Below are positions 1 through 13,523 of a stretch of 64,000 nt of DNA, piece after piece; the first letter of the stretch is position 1, and each line of letters opens with the position of its first letter. Position numbers and translations under genes: made by a program. Origin of the DNA: Novakomyces olei (taxonomy: Eukaryota); NCBI GenBank assembly GCA_016906335.1, contig JADEYG010000003.1:1674001-1738000 (forward strand), written 5' to 3'. The notes beneath the pieces are model-generated. The model made no database searches and was not told the DNA's origin. It saw nothing but the letters and a program-made list of their open reading frames with translations.

Positions 1-114
1 TATGATCGACATGAGCTTAAGTTACGGGCATTTGATTAAATATTATTGCAATAACATTAACTGCTTTTTGCGTTGCTAAGCATTATAGTTTCCAGAGAAA
101 TTTTCATGCTTTTG

Positions 115-1275
115 TCATGTGTGTATAAAAGATGTATGGGTGCGTAGCCGGGCCATAACACACTGTTTATAATGCCAATTGAAAAGTTCTTTCCAAGGCC
201 AATAAACACGAAAGTCCGGGTTGAGCTTTAGCTTATTCCCGTGGTATTGGGGAAGGTACTGAAATGTGTGTATTTCGTAACAATCATCCTGCAAGGTGGT
301 TAGAGACTTATTCAAACCGACTTCACTAAGAAAGAGCTAGTAACTTACACGGCAGTAAATTCCAATCTGGTATTTATCGAATTGTTTGTGTAATCCTGCT
401 TCGAGAATCAGTCCATTTTGAATATTGTCAATATCAGCAAAAGCCGCGAGGTCTTCTGGAAGCAGAGATTTTAGTAGCTATTAGTATTTTATTAGCATAA
501 TTTAAGAGTATTGGTATGCGCAACTACCGTACTGCCCCGACTTTTTGGAATAATGTGGCACGCTTCACAAGTGTCTGTCATCATTGGAATCCCAGATATA
601 AGGCAACGACCGTCCCTGTATCCTACGTGGTTTCGGAATTTATTCTAGTTATTGTCAGTCAAACGTTGGATGAGTCTATTCACCTGCGTAGCCGAGCTTC
701 TTGACGATTTGCTATAGGTCGAAGAATAGTCGTCGATATTAGGTGGCCTTAATGGACAGGCAGGGTTTTTAGACTCCGGGCCTTCATGAGGCCAGATTTC
801 TTCGTCTTAATAAACTTTGTTAGCCTAGTGTGCTTCATACAAATTGTAAAATTGGGCAACCTTTGATAATAAAAGTGTATTTAGTAAAGACGATCGGATC
901 ATCCATTTTACATTTGTGTTCACCGAGCCTCAGTTCGCCATCATTTTTTATAGTTGACGTAACGACAAACAAGAGGTAGCGGCAATCTGCATGTGAAATT
1001 TTCGTCAAAAAGGCTGCAGGTATTGCGCAAATATCAATATTTTTCTGTGTTCTAACCGACACATATCCTCGTGGTCCTGAGACGTACCACGAAACTCCTG
1101 CAGTTAGGAAGGGCCTGACCTCAAACTTCGCTTCGGGAGTCTGTGCGCTTTTCGCGTCATTGTGTTCATCCAACGAAATGGTAGCTTCGTCTTTTGTCTT
1201 AGCCACTAATGAGCTCTTTTTGGAACGATTTGAATCCGAGTCTTCTTGTTCGCTTGCCCGTTTCCTGCTACGCAT
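115..1275 (-). CDS. HNH endonuclease-domain protein (fungal HNH_2 type), multi-exon
   Basis: Minus-strand exons read RDGRCLISG...EACHIIP (~635-545), IDNIQNGLILEAGLHKQFDKY (~435-370) and a last exon ending WHYKQCVMARLR. GTAAG...CTAAC...CAG intron at ~348-288. The 5' exon (835..1302 ORF) and the start codon are uncertain. Confidence 0.75.
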
Positions 1276-1824
1276 TCCACCAAGAGGACAGAGCTTTAGC
1301 AAGAGCCGCCACTGGTCTTGATGAACGTGAAATAGCGATACAGCAGACTAAAGCATTGCACGGTATATGGAGCACACTGCTAAATACAAAATATATAAGA
1401 ATAAACAACTAGCCCGATTAACCCAATTATTATCAACAAGACTAACCCTATATTTCTTGCTATTAACGAACTTGCTCGTAATAATTTTGCCTTAAATTTC
1501 CCTTAGCGCCGCCCCGAGACTAAAATGACACAGAGATGGAAGTGAACTGAGGATGCAATGTGGCAGGCTAGTACGGGTATTATTGGGTGTTTGAGATTTT
1601 TGTGCAGTGTGATTGACGGCAATAAAATGTTTGGATATTTAGAGCTTAAAACTGTTCCTGCAAGAGATCGCCAATGAATGTTGTGGAGATATAACACTGA
1701 TCTATGCTTACTGGTGAAAAATAAACCAATTTGGAATGGCTTTACAGCCAGTTTTACATCGTGCTTTTTTGTCTATGGAAACTGTAGAACAGGACTTTAT
1801 TGAATCCGTAACTAACCCTACCCC

Positions 1825-1915
1825 TTAGCTATTATTATTAGCTATTATTATTAGCTATTATTATTAGCTATTATTATTAGCTATTATTATTAGCTATTAT
1901 TATTAGCTATTATTA
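1825..1915. repeat. 13-bp tandem repeat (TTAGCTATTATTA) x7
   Basis: Unit starts at 1825, 1838, 1851 ... 1903. Preceded by GTAACTAACCCTA (1808-1820). Confidence 0.95.
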
Positions 1916-2622
1916 CCAGCGACATTTTGACGAAATGTCGGGTTGGATATAATTTTGGTATAGAAATGGCTTTAAAATTGAGAAAACCTTATCACTGATA
2001 TTCCGGAGAAATGTTAGAACGCTGATTGCCCACATTAAACGGCAAAAAGTTCACGTTAAGAACCAGCGACATTTCGCCGCAATATTGTAGGCTGAGGATT
2101 TTTGATAAACTAACCCTTTGATAAATACATGCATAGATACTAACCCTGACTAACCCTGATTCCTTCCAATGCCATTCGACGACTTATAATGATCTCTTGG
2201 CCAGGTAGGAAGGGAGTTTGGATTTATCAAAATTCTCGCTTAAGCAAATTATTGATAGATAGTCGTAGCATGAGACGAGAAGGCACTTATTGCTTAACTT
2301 AGGAACAAGAGCAAATAAGGTGGCGTCTAAAATTAGTCTTACCGACACACAATTTGACTAATCTATATCGATATCAATTCGGGTATAGCGGCTCGAGGAT
2401 GACTTGTTGACCGATATAGCGCATTTGCCCGGCGGGCGATATTTTGCTTCGAACTGCCCGTTTGAGAGTTGTGGATAGGTTCGATAAGCGGTGGATGATA
2501 GCCGCACGCTACGATATGGCAATATTTGAATTGACAGATTTCTCAGCATATAGCATCAATTGCTTTGCTGTGTTTACTCTTCCTACTCTGAATCTCATAA
2601 AGTGTGTATACTGTTTGGAAAT

Positions 2623-4217
2623 ATGGCGATAGAACAGCAATTCGACATCTTCGGGGATTTTTACAACATAATCAATGGGAAAACCTCAAGCACCGAGAAC
2701 TCTAGGCATGCCATTGATCCTGCTACCGAAAAAAATAATGCACCAGTCCCCGTGTCGACAGAGTCTGACGTGGAGCTTGCTATGAATGCGGCAAGCAAGG
2801 CCTTTCTTAGTTGGAAAACAACGACATATGGGCAGCGTCGAGCTTGTTTACTTGACTTCATAACTGCTATTCAAGCACGCTCCTCGGACTTTGCCGCTCT
2901 TTTAACTCAGGAACAAGGAAAACCAGTGAGTAGAATTCTGAATAATTTTAGTTTAACATATGCTGATGATTCTGCTTTAAGACCGTATTTGCTTCGGCCG
3001 AAGTTGCTTCCGCAATTAATTGGATGCGTGCATTCACAGAGTGCGATCTCGATGATAAGATTTTGCGCGACAATGAGGAAAAACGTGTTGTCCGTCGGTA
3101 TACGCCTCTTGGCGTTTGTGCTGGTATCGTTCCATGGAACTTTCCATTTTCTCTAGCTTGTGCAAAACTTGCACCTGCGATACTGGCGGGAAATGTAATG
3201 ATTATTAAGCCCTCGCCTTTCACGCCTTACACGGCACTAAAACTTTGCGAGTTGGCGCAACAATTCTTCCCCCCTGGGGTAGTACAAGCTTTAAGTGGAA
3301 ACGATGATCTTGGGCCAATGATTGCACGTCATCCAATTGCTGCAAAGATTTCGTTCACGGGATCAACAGCCACCGGAAAGCGAGTAATGAAATCAGCAGC
3401 CGATTCTATGAAGCGTCTTACTCTCGAGCTAGGAGGCAACGATCCCGCAATTATTTGCAAAAGCGTTGACGTTGAAGCCACTGCGCAAAAGGTAAAAAAA
3501 GAATACAGAATAAATCTGTTAAGATAAAGATTATGAAGAAAGAGAAAGACTTATCAGCTTATCAGTTGAATTTACTTATGTATACAGATTGCGCATTTAT
3601 GTTTTCTCAATTCCGGCCAGATTTGCCTCGCAATTAAACGAGTGTATGTGCACGAGTCAATTCACAACGAGTTCTTAAGGGCAATGGTTTCCTACGTAGA
3701 AAAATTAAGTGTCGGCAACGGATTTAAAAAAGATGTTGTTATTGGTCCAATTCAAAATCGGATGCAGTATGACAGAGTCAATGGAATTTTGGACGATGCA
3801 AAAGCAGAAAATTGGACTATTGCTACTGGTGGCAAGTGCAACAGAGAAAAAATGGGTGCTGGGTATTTCGTGAAGCCGACAATAATAGATAGGCCTCCTG
3901 ATAGCAGCCGAATTGTGATAGAAGAACAATTTGGTCCTATTATTCCTTTGCTGACTTGGAACGACGAAGAAAATGTTATTCAGCGGGCCAATAATACTCG
4001 TATGGGTCTTGGTGCTTCAGTCTGGTCGCAAGACCATAATGAACTGTCGAGGATAGGCAGCCAGCTTGAAGCTGGCACAGTCTGGCTAAATAGCCATTTT
4101 GAGTTAGACTCAGATATTTCTTATGGCGGTCACAAGGAGAGCGGGTTTGGTCTCGAATTGGGCTTGGAAGGTTTACTGGCCTTTTGTAATTTTCAGCATA
4201 TCTATTTGAAAAAGTGA
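2623..4217 (+). CDS. NAD(P)-dependent aldehyde dehydrogenase (3 exons)
   Basis: Motifs PWNFP, SFTGSTATG, LELGGNDP, NSGQIC (catalytic Cys), EEQFGP and YGGHKESG. Introns at ~2926-2981 and ~3492-3587. Confidence 0.95.
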
Positions 4218-5978
4218 TTGAAAAACGAAAACGATGTATAACCTAGCCTTAGCAACTGTCACTGATATCACTGCTTGACGGCACATAAATTCAAACGAAT
4301 AATGATATAAATTCGCACCATAATTACTACCCTATGCTGCGTCATTGGCTCCATAATATAGCATTTAAATGTTGTATTTAAACCCAATGATTTACCAACA
4401 CTTAGGAGGCTTTATATGCAACTTTCGGGCCGATCTCCAACCATATAAAACCCTGAAATATAAGCGTTTAAATATTGTATTGGACTTCTAATTATTGCAT
4501 CGGATTATTGCCTTCAACCCAACAAGGGGAAAAAACTAGACACGATAAAGACACTATACTTCCAAGAACGTAAGTGCTCTTGACATGCCTCAATGAAGAG
4601 ATAGCTCTATTTTTCGGTTCTCATCGTTTCTCATAGTTTTTCTCGTACACGCGCTTCTTTACATATTTTTTTTTAAATCATGTTCTGCTATGCATTCCTT
4701 GTTTCGCCTTTATGCTTTTCAGAAAACAGAACGATTAAGCGGCATACCAGTCTCAATAATACCGTCAGCATGAATTTATCTATCCTTTGTGTTATCACCC
4801 TCAAACCCGAACTTCCGTTGATTGCGAATAAAACTGCGACCACCGTCTACTCCCGCAATATCCTTTAATTTAACAAACAAATCGAAATAGATGTTAGCTC
4901 AGACCCAAACTTATTTGGCATTGCAATTTTGTAATCTTGCCTGAAACGTTGTTTTTAAGTGTGGAAGTCAGTCCATACTCATTAAGTCCCGTCTCTTTGC
5001 CACACTCAACTTCAACGCATTCTACAGATTGTTGGTATACCACGCCGATAAAAATCAGCTTTTCTCAAAGTATTTGCTCGTTATATTTTTGACCGAAGAC
5101 AAGAGCATAATCATATACCGTCTCCTTTATATTTTATAAACGTCCATAATCGCTCTGGCAAGCTAATTAACATCTAGAGCTGATGGCGTATTTGAAATAG
5201 AGGAAATACTGTGAATGGGAAAACGAAAAAAATAAAAATAAAAGAGAATAGACAAATAAATGAATGGATTGCGGCGAACATTCTTTCACCGTCCTTTTGA
5301 GTTACGATTGTTTGACATGCAAATCCTAGCTACAGCATGGGTTAGGTAGCATCAATCTGGTCAAGGAGCTCTAGTGTTCGTGGGAAAAAGCGATGGTACG
5401 GCCATACATTTCTAGGGAGCTCTTATCGTGCTGTTCAAAACAAATACGGAAACCACGAATAGCGTCGACAAGCTAGGCATAGACCTACCAGACCCCCGCC
5501 CAGGATTGCCACATCGTACAGAACTGGATATTCAGTCTCTTTACTATTAAAAATTGTCATTGGGCAAAAATGACATTGAAGTATTGTTTACATAATGATA
5601 TCATTGACGAATTTGGGATCTCGCGGATTCATTAAATATTCCGCAAACACGTCTATCCCACGCCAAATGTGGAAAGTATACAGATAGGGCGCTAATAGAA
5701 AGCCCAAATCGTTATCGCCCGAAACGTTCTATTTACCATTAAAAGAGAACTATAATACCGCGGCGAACTGCTGTGACAGCATTACCGGAAAAATTTGTAT
5801 GGTGGGTGTGCAAATAATGAAAACGTTATTTTAAATTTATAAAGACATTATTAGCCTAACTTATCCATACTCGGGCAACAATCCCACGTATAAATGTAAT
5901 GTGTGGATGATGAAACTTGTAAGCCAAGTTTAAAGTGACATATGCTCTTGTTTTATGTAAATTCAATATTCATTTCAG

Positions 5979-7144
5979 CTAGGCGTCAAGATCCAGTACA
6001 ATTCGCCCATTTAACTGCATAGCCTCCATCCTTTCAAAAACACTATTCAGATTCGACATTGCATCGACCATAAACTTTGTGCTAACAACGTTTTCAGCTG
6101 CCAATTTTAGAGCATTTGCTGCATCTTGGTTGTTTCCAACAAGACTTCCCATCACTCGAAGCTCCTTAGAAATAAGTGAAGCCGGATCAGCAGTCATAAT
6201 CGGAATTTGCTTGCCTTCAGGAACTCCGACGCAAACTAGAGTCCCGCCAAACCGTAGAACATTAACAGCAGAGGCATAAGCCTCGTTCGAAGCTGTGCAG
6301 ACAATGGCTGCTGAAGCGCCCAGATTCTGACTAGTTATTTGCTTTATTGCTTCGGACAAAGATTCTGTCGCTGGTGGGGCGTACTTTGAAGCGTCAAAAA
6401 AAGCCTCTGCTCCACACTCTTTGGCAAAGGCCTCTTTGTTTCCAAAATCGACAGCCTGAAATACTATTAGATTAAGAGTTAAAGGAAATAGCATACAATC
6501 ATTCTAAACCCCATGCCCTTAGCACCCATTTGCATAGCAAGATGCCCTACACCACCAGTAGCACCAAAAACTACTACAGAATCACCCTATTTTGATTAGA
6601 CGATGACATTGTACTAAACTTGGCTTACAGGCCTGCAATTGCTTTTTTTCAAGGCTGAGTATGCTGTAACGCCTCCACATAGCATCGGAGCGGCCAAATC
6701 ACTCGGTAAGTTATCCGGTATTGGTGTTACATAGGCCGCAGGAGCAACTACATACTGCTGAAACGTTCCGGGTGTAGTGTAACCAGAAATCTCGCTTTCT
6801 GGACAACAGCCGTCCCGGCCATTTTTACAAGCAACGCAATCGCCACATACACTAGCAAGCCACTTGATCCCAACTCTATCACCGACCTTTAGGCCCTGTA
6901 TTTCTGTTTCGAGACCAAACTGTGCAATTGTGCCTACACCTTCATGGCCACCAATCTGTCCGGGCTTAATTGCATCGCCTAGATAAGTCCACCTTCGCAT
7001 CATTATACTGAGATCACTGCGACAAACACCTGAGTGTGTAAGCCGCACTAGCACTTGCCCATGTTTTGGACTTGGAGTATCAACACTAACGACTTTTGTA
7101 CTGATCGCACCCGGTTTGTCATAAATCACAGCCTTATGCTGCAT
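5979..7144 (-). CDS. Zn-dependent alcohol dehydrogenase (MDR family), intron-containing
   Basis: Motifs GVCRSD, GGHEGVG, structural Zn CGDCVAC...C, APMLCGG, and GATGGVG in a small middle exon; ends GRIVLDL. Confidence 0.93.
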
Positions 7145-7404
7145 TTGCAATAACGTTTATTTTTTGATTCTTGGCCTTTGCTTTATTGTTTGGCAGATAT
7201 CGTTAGAAACAGCTTGAGTTTTACCCTTATTGAAGTCGAGGGCTTTGGCCTTTATTTATTTTTGCCCTACTCATTATTATTTCTCTCACTTCGACTTTTT
7301 TTTGGCAAACGCTTATCGTAAAGGCTCTTTAATCAAATGTTCCTGTCCGCACGAAACATTGCAAAGATAGTTTTCGGCCGATGCGCAATAAGCCCTTACT
7401 AATA

Positions 7405-7476
7405 GCCCGCCACGCCCGATTATCTCTTACTTGATCTTAAACAACTTGCCCGCAACGCCCGAACTCTGCTTCGGGC
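7405..7476. promoter_or_regulatory. Repeated CCG/CGG-rich motif upstream of ADH, candidate Zn2Cys6 binding sites
   Basis: GCCCGC(C/A)ACGCCCGA at 7405-7419 and 7448-7462, plus TCGGGC at 7471-7476, in an AT-rich intergenic region. Confidence 0.4.
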
Positions 7477-8422
7477 AACGCTTATATCCCGCGTACCCCG
7501 CGGGTTGTTGCTTATTTAAAATAGATCATTCCAAGTAGATAATGTCGATATATATTGGTACATATTTACAAGTTGTGCTTAAGTAATTTGTGATTGGCAA
7601 ATAGAACAAGGGAGTACAAGGACAATTTTATTTTTTTTGTATCATCTATAGAAAAGCCAAGTACAAAATCCGAGTTCAAACTGAATAAAATGTTTGTTGT
7701 CTTAGATCAAATATTAGGCATAATCCCGGCACACAAGGCTGCAAGGCCAAGAAATCAGTATAATCAACACATATGGCAAACAGATTGTAGATTTCTGGGC
7801 ATTCAACCCTCAAGATACGCACGACTACATGTCAATGGTGTATCCCTGAATGATCCTACTAAAGGTATTTGAGGCAAAAGGCGACAAGCTCTATTCTTCA
7901 CGCAGACAGCCCACGCTCATCCATACTCACACTGGTCAGTGATTGTTTTTCAGCCGTATTTCATCCTTCGATCAAAGAAATTGCCTTCTCAAAACCAGCA
8001 TCATCATGGCTACAGCGACCGCTAGTCGAACTGCCAAGCGGATGGTACAATGAAGGCATGATGCCCCTACAATATCTGCCGCACCGCTAATAGCATATGA
8101 CGTTTCCACCCGTGTCGTAGAGCAGATGTGAAAGGATAAATTTATGTGGCTATTGGAAAATAGCAAAAAATGCAATAATTTTGCCCATTTTATAATCCCC
8201 ATTCTTATACATCCTGATACCAGCGAAATGGCTAACATTATTGGAATGATTGACAGATTTTTTGCGTGATTGAGCAAATTTGCGATGATGTTGAATTTTG
8301 GACAAATGAGCACATTGCAACGGCATGGGTTCTTGAACAGCAAAGATTGCGTCATAAATAATTATATAGTAATATATCAAATAGAAAAAAAGAAAAAAAA
8401 ATAAATTTTAATGTGACTATAA

Positions 8423-10875
8423 TCATTCATTGAGAACAACATTCTCGCGCAGCACATCATTTATGAAACCCTCACCTTGAACAGTCTTCTCAAAACTAAA
8501 CCAGAACATAGCATCTAAGCGGAGAAGCCCAAGATGCATCTGGTCGAATATGGCAGACTGCTCTCGAAGAACTTCGGTCCAGCGTTGAAGCAGAAGCTTC
8601 ATTTGCTTAGAATCATCTCTGTTCTGAGACTGCAAAAGCTGTAGAACGATAAAATTTGATGTCGTTGCAAAACATATTCGTGACCCTTGTATAATTCGTT
8701 AGCGGATATTTACGTCCACAATAGATATCTTACATGAGAACCAAAAACTATCAAGATCATGGGCTGTCAGGCTCTTGGCAAAAAGTAGAACATTGCTCAA
8801 CCATACAGTCGCTGTGGGCCTAATTTCGGTGACATACATGGCACGCTGATAATCTGTTTCAATCATTCCTCGAGAGTTGACCGTGGACCCTGACTCAGAG
8901 TTACAAGGTCTCGAAATGGCACGATAGACCATTATTTCCAGAGTCAGAAAAGCCAATCTTAAGCATGCCCCAGACGAAGAATGTAAGGTACTTTTCAACG
9001 CATGGGGTTCACGAGAAGAATCTGCACGCAAATGTGACGGAATCGATCTGTGCCATTGCTCCAGTCTCTCCAGAATTCGCTGTGCCATCGTATAGGTCGA
9101 GGCGAAATCGCAAACGCAATTTTGTGCGGCTTTAAGCGTGTAAAAAGATTTATAAATATCATATGCAATGCAAGAAAGCATTGCCATGAATTTGAAGTCG
9201 TACCCGCAATGACAAAAGAGGCATGGATGTTGTTCTTCTGGCGCCTTGTGAATAGTTTCTTCGCTTGGACACGAAATATTGTCCATGACAAAATCATTGT
9301 CGCTAAGAGGACTTACGTTCCATTCGTCAGCGTATATAAGGTGGGGGGTGCCTGTTAGAAGACTGTGCCAAGTGGCCTCAGAGTACAATACCCACCAGAG
9401 ACGGCGTCGCAACCGTTTTTCCCATGCCGGTATTGGCCATGAAGAGCAATCTACTTGGAGACCTAGGGTATTAGAGGCACTGACTGCCAGGGATAATATT
9501 GAGCCGCGAAACGGGCCATCAGCAGCCGCAGCATACGGCAGACCCTTAGGCATTTGCAAACAGAGTAGAGCGGTTTGAATAAACGCAAGATCAGGGGTAC
9601 GAGTGCTTCGCATAATACCATCGTACGCAATGCGCCAAAGCCCCTCTACTTTTATTTTTTCGTGAATTTGCGAAAGACACAGAACAGGATCATGACGGTA
9701 GAAAGGAAGGCCAAGAGCAAAGATCGCCGCAAGCAAACTCGACTGTGTGGACTTTATTCTGGGCATGCTAGGTATTAAAGACTCTGTTTTAAGTCCCATA
9801 TAGCTTCGTGACAAAACAGGCAAGCTTGGAAATACGTATCGCAAAAATCTATGGCGCATTAGTGGTAAATAAATAAAAGGATGTAAGTGAAGAAACGACT
9901 GAATTTCAGTACTTACAAGCTTATAAGCCGGGCCTGCATCTGAGGAGAGAATAGATTATCAAGCTTGTCTCTGCAAGATGCCTCTTCGGAAACGGTCCCC
10001 TTTATAGCCGAAGTTTCCGACAGCTCTCCTGAAACGAGCAGAAAATTCACGGGTAACTGGCTATCACTTTCAATCGATTTATTTTTCGTGGTACCGCCAA
10101 ACCCAGGCCCAGGGACGATGTGACGGTACTGGAATTTTAAAAACGGTGTAGTACCGTCTGGACTAAACCGCACGCGTCGCAGCAAGTAAGGATCCATATC
10201 GGCAGAGGGGCCAAGATACTGAACAGAGAAGCCCGCGGTCTTGTCTAGCGAGGAGTCCGCGGATGTTGAAATATGGAAAGGTATATTTCCATCGCGCTGC
10301 GAAGACAGAGGATAATTGTCCTGATGTTTTTGAACGGATGCACCATTTTCAACCTCTCTGTGTAAAGAGTCACGTGGAAGTCCTGAGTCTGGACTTGGTA
10401 TGTTTTCACTCGCTAGCTGACAATCGCTCCCTTGCTGTTGCTGGAGAAGAGTGCCATCAAATGAAGTGAAAAAGTCGTCTGGAACAAATGGAGCACCTCG
10501 CCAAGAACCATGGTGTGACGGAAATAGCCAATTCTGGGAGGTGTCGAAATCATCCAAGTCTGGAGCCTGTAGCATGCCGCGAAGCACAGATGGCGATTTT
10601 TCTATATCCCAATTCAATTCTAACGACGGTGTCTCTGTTGAGTCTGTAGCACTTTTAGCGCCATACAGGGCCTGAATCTGGTGAGATTCATGCCGCTTTT
10701 TTGCCGTCGGCGGATCATTGAAGGTACAATGCACGCCCATTACGCGACATATAGAGCACGGCGGCGTGACATCCCAGCGACAGGATTGTTTTCGGCGGCG
10801 ACACAGGTCGCACGGCCTCCGTCGCTTGGATCTGTATGGACGAGACTGGCCAGGCGCTTGCGATTGTTGCTCCAT
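8423..10875 (-). CDS. Zn(II)2Cys6 transcription factor with fungal-specific TF domain (3 exons)
   Basis: CDLCRRRKQSC...CSICRVMGVHC cluster; LGLQVDC...RRRLWW middle-homology region. Introns near 9850-9915 and 8686-8732. Confidence 0.92.
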
Positions 10876-11868
10876 GTCTACCCCACACCTTTAGCGCTCC
10901 GCTCTTTTGCACCCCCTGCTCTTGTCTCCCAATTTGATTTACACTTTGAAGAACCACACGTCCAAGATTTCTAGAACCAAACACCTACATCTGCTTTCGA
11001 CACTGTTCCATTCTTTATGCCATAGCTCGTTGCTGGGCGAAGGGGGATCGTACTTCTCAATTCAGGCCCTGTTCATTGTAAATGTCAGACAACGCTCTTA
11101 CAGATAGCCCTAACTAACCCTAAAATAGGGCTCAGTTTCATAAAATATATAATTTTATGAATATAAATTATATATTAGATGTTGACCCCGGATCCCACGT
11201 AAGTTTTAACAGGGTTTTAAGTTCGAAGCTGAATAATTTGAATCAAAGAATTGGACACAAGTTATTCATCTTATGCCTTACATGAACCCTAACGGCGTCG
11301 TTATTCGGGCTAGTTAAAAACGAGAGAAAGGCAAAGGGGTTTTAGATGTCGAGTAAGTCTCATTTTTGAATACGTTCAGCAGGAAAATAATCTAAAAAGT
11401 TTATTTATTCCGATATTAAATATACACGGAACACTAGTTAAAAGACGTTTTCAGCCCCAAGTATCCTTTTACTGGGATTGTTTTTATTATTCCTCCCGTT
11501 ACTCATGCAACCTAGGAGTACAAAGCAAAACGCCCAGCTTATAGCATCCAAGCGTGCGCAATTAAATCTTGAGAAAGGAGAAACCAAAAAGAAAAAAAAA
11601 AAAAAAGAAAAAGCAAGCTTGCTACGTTACTAGATAGTTTGTAGCTTGACCTTATTAGAGGTAAGAGAATGATGTAAGCTGCCACATAGTGCAATCAGTT
11701 TCAACGTACTAGAGAGAGGCATAGCGAATTAAAGACCACCGATTATATGTAAAGCTTACTATTGCAATATTAACATGGCAGCGTATTAATAATAAATATG
11801 GCTCTATTTATTGTATACGTAAAATATGACAAAAAAACAAGTGGTTGTCCCGTAATAATGTCTGCTAC

Positions 11869-13523
11869 TCATGCCTCTGCGGTCAAGGCGGCATAATAAT
11901 TGCCCGTGTTGGTTGTGAGCGACAGTAATTCGTCTGGATCGGAAATGTGCTCTTGCACTCGTGCAGCTATTACGCTTTTCGCAATTCGTTCGGCAGATTC
12001 TCTAGCTCCGCCCAAGTTGGCTGCTGTTGGACCGATCTCAAGGGCAGCGTAACCCCCACACAAATAGAATGGCACGCCAGGCGCCCACGCTAGATCTTCT
12101 GTCAAGATGGGATAGCCTTTACACAGTTGAATTGGGTCTGACTTGAGCATAGTCTGCAACAGCGGGACTTTTTTGCAGTCTACAATGCTGCCGGTGGCCG
12201 CTATAATTGCATCCGGCTCCATGAATTTGCTGCTATCAGATGAGCCGCATTCAAGTTTGACACGCCATTTACCAGATTCGCTATCAAATTCTGCTTTTTC
12301 TATTTTGGTGTGCAGCCGAATATCCACGCGGCCAAGCCTTTGGTACTCCCGCAAAATTCGTTCATAATAGGGCGTAATTGAACCACCGTTTCGGGACGCT
12401 CTAATGCTTTCCAGCCTTTCCTCATAGTCTTCACAATTATAAAACGTCATCTTATTGACGTTTTGATATTTGCCGGCCCAGTCGAGACTGAAATCAAAAT
12501 ATTTGATCTTCATAGATCCGCGCAGCAACAGAGTCACCTTTGCTACACCCATTTTCACAATGACGTCGGTAAGCTGAGCACTCGTCATTCCTCCTCCGAC
12601 AGCCAATACGTGGCAGTTCTGGGGCTTATGGCGTAAACAACGGTGCACTGTCTCCGGTACGAGACTGTTCTTCAACAAATCAGACGTATGGCTCCATGCC
12701 ACTCCTCGAAGGGTCGGAGGAAGAAAATCTGGAATTGCTGGAATCCCGTTATTTCCCTGCGCCAAAAGAACGTGCTTTGCTCCAAACACTCTGCCGTCTT
12801 GAATAAATACGCTCATTGTCTTGCACGAATTCAGATCGCCGAGCCCACGGACGTGTACTCTACCACATTTGATGTCGGTCACGTTTGCTTGTACAACAAT
12901 ATCGTTCAGCTTGTAACGATCAATGACCGTCTGACAAAAGTCTCGGAATAGTTTGGATGAAGGACAAAAGTAATCGCTTCGTAGCCGCTCATTTATTTCT
13001 ATTGGGCGTGCTAGTTTGCCGTGCCATTTGGCTTGAGAGCCTCTGTACTAGATTAGTTTATCGAAAAGAGACTATTTGTTATTTTTCAAAGCAATTACTT
13101 TTTCATTCTGTGTTTGCTCCTTTCTTGGCCCACTACTGGTATTTCATAAAGCTCTGATTCTCGATTTTGTTCCCTTGCAAAAGCTACCATTGCATCGTAA
13201 CTTTGCGGATCAGGATGGAAGAACATGGGTGACCGAAGCCGCTCTATATCGAGCTCATTGAAGTATCGATCCCAATGCCCCATCCAATCGCCCAGACGGT
13301 CCAAAACAAGAATACGATGCCGCGATATACATTGGCCAGCTAGGTAATTTTTTTTATAAAATTGCTTGCGATACTTGAGCAGCCAATGCAATCGCTGGTG
13401 TTCGAGTTCTGTAAATATCGATGATGGGCACGGCTCACACAGTCTTGAGGCTGCAGCTAGCCCATGGGGGCCTGCCCCCACAATTATAACATCGTAAAAG
13501 TCTTTCTCATCTATTTGTAACAT
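11869..13523 (-). CDS. FAD/NAD(P)-dependent oxidoreductase (flavin monooxygenase-like), one intron
   Basis: Motifs VGAGPHG, LRSPMFFHPDP, VGGGMTSAQ, ATG and NLGGAR. An intron at ~13050-13098 joins the two ORFs in frame through INERLRSDYFCPS. Confidence 0.85.

Noticed and set aside
7594-8380. Several short ORFs between ADH and the TF; YDVSTR faintly like a hAT motif
   Set aside because: No continuous frame or supporting motifs; too weak to call.
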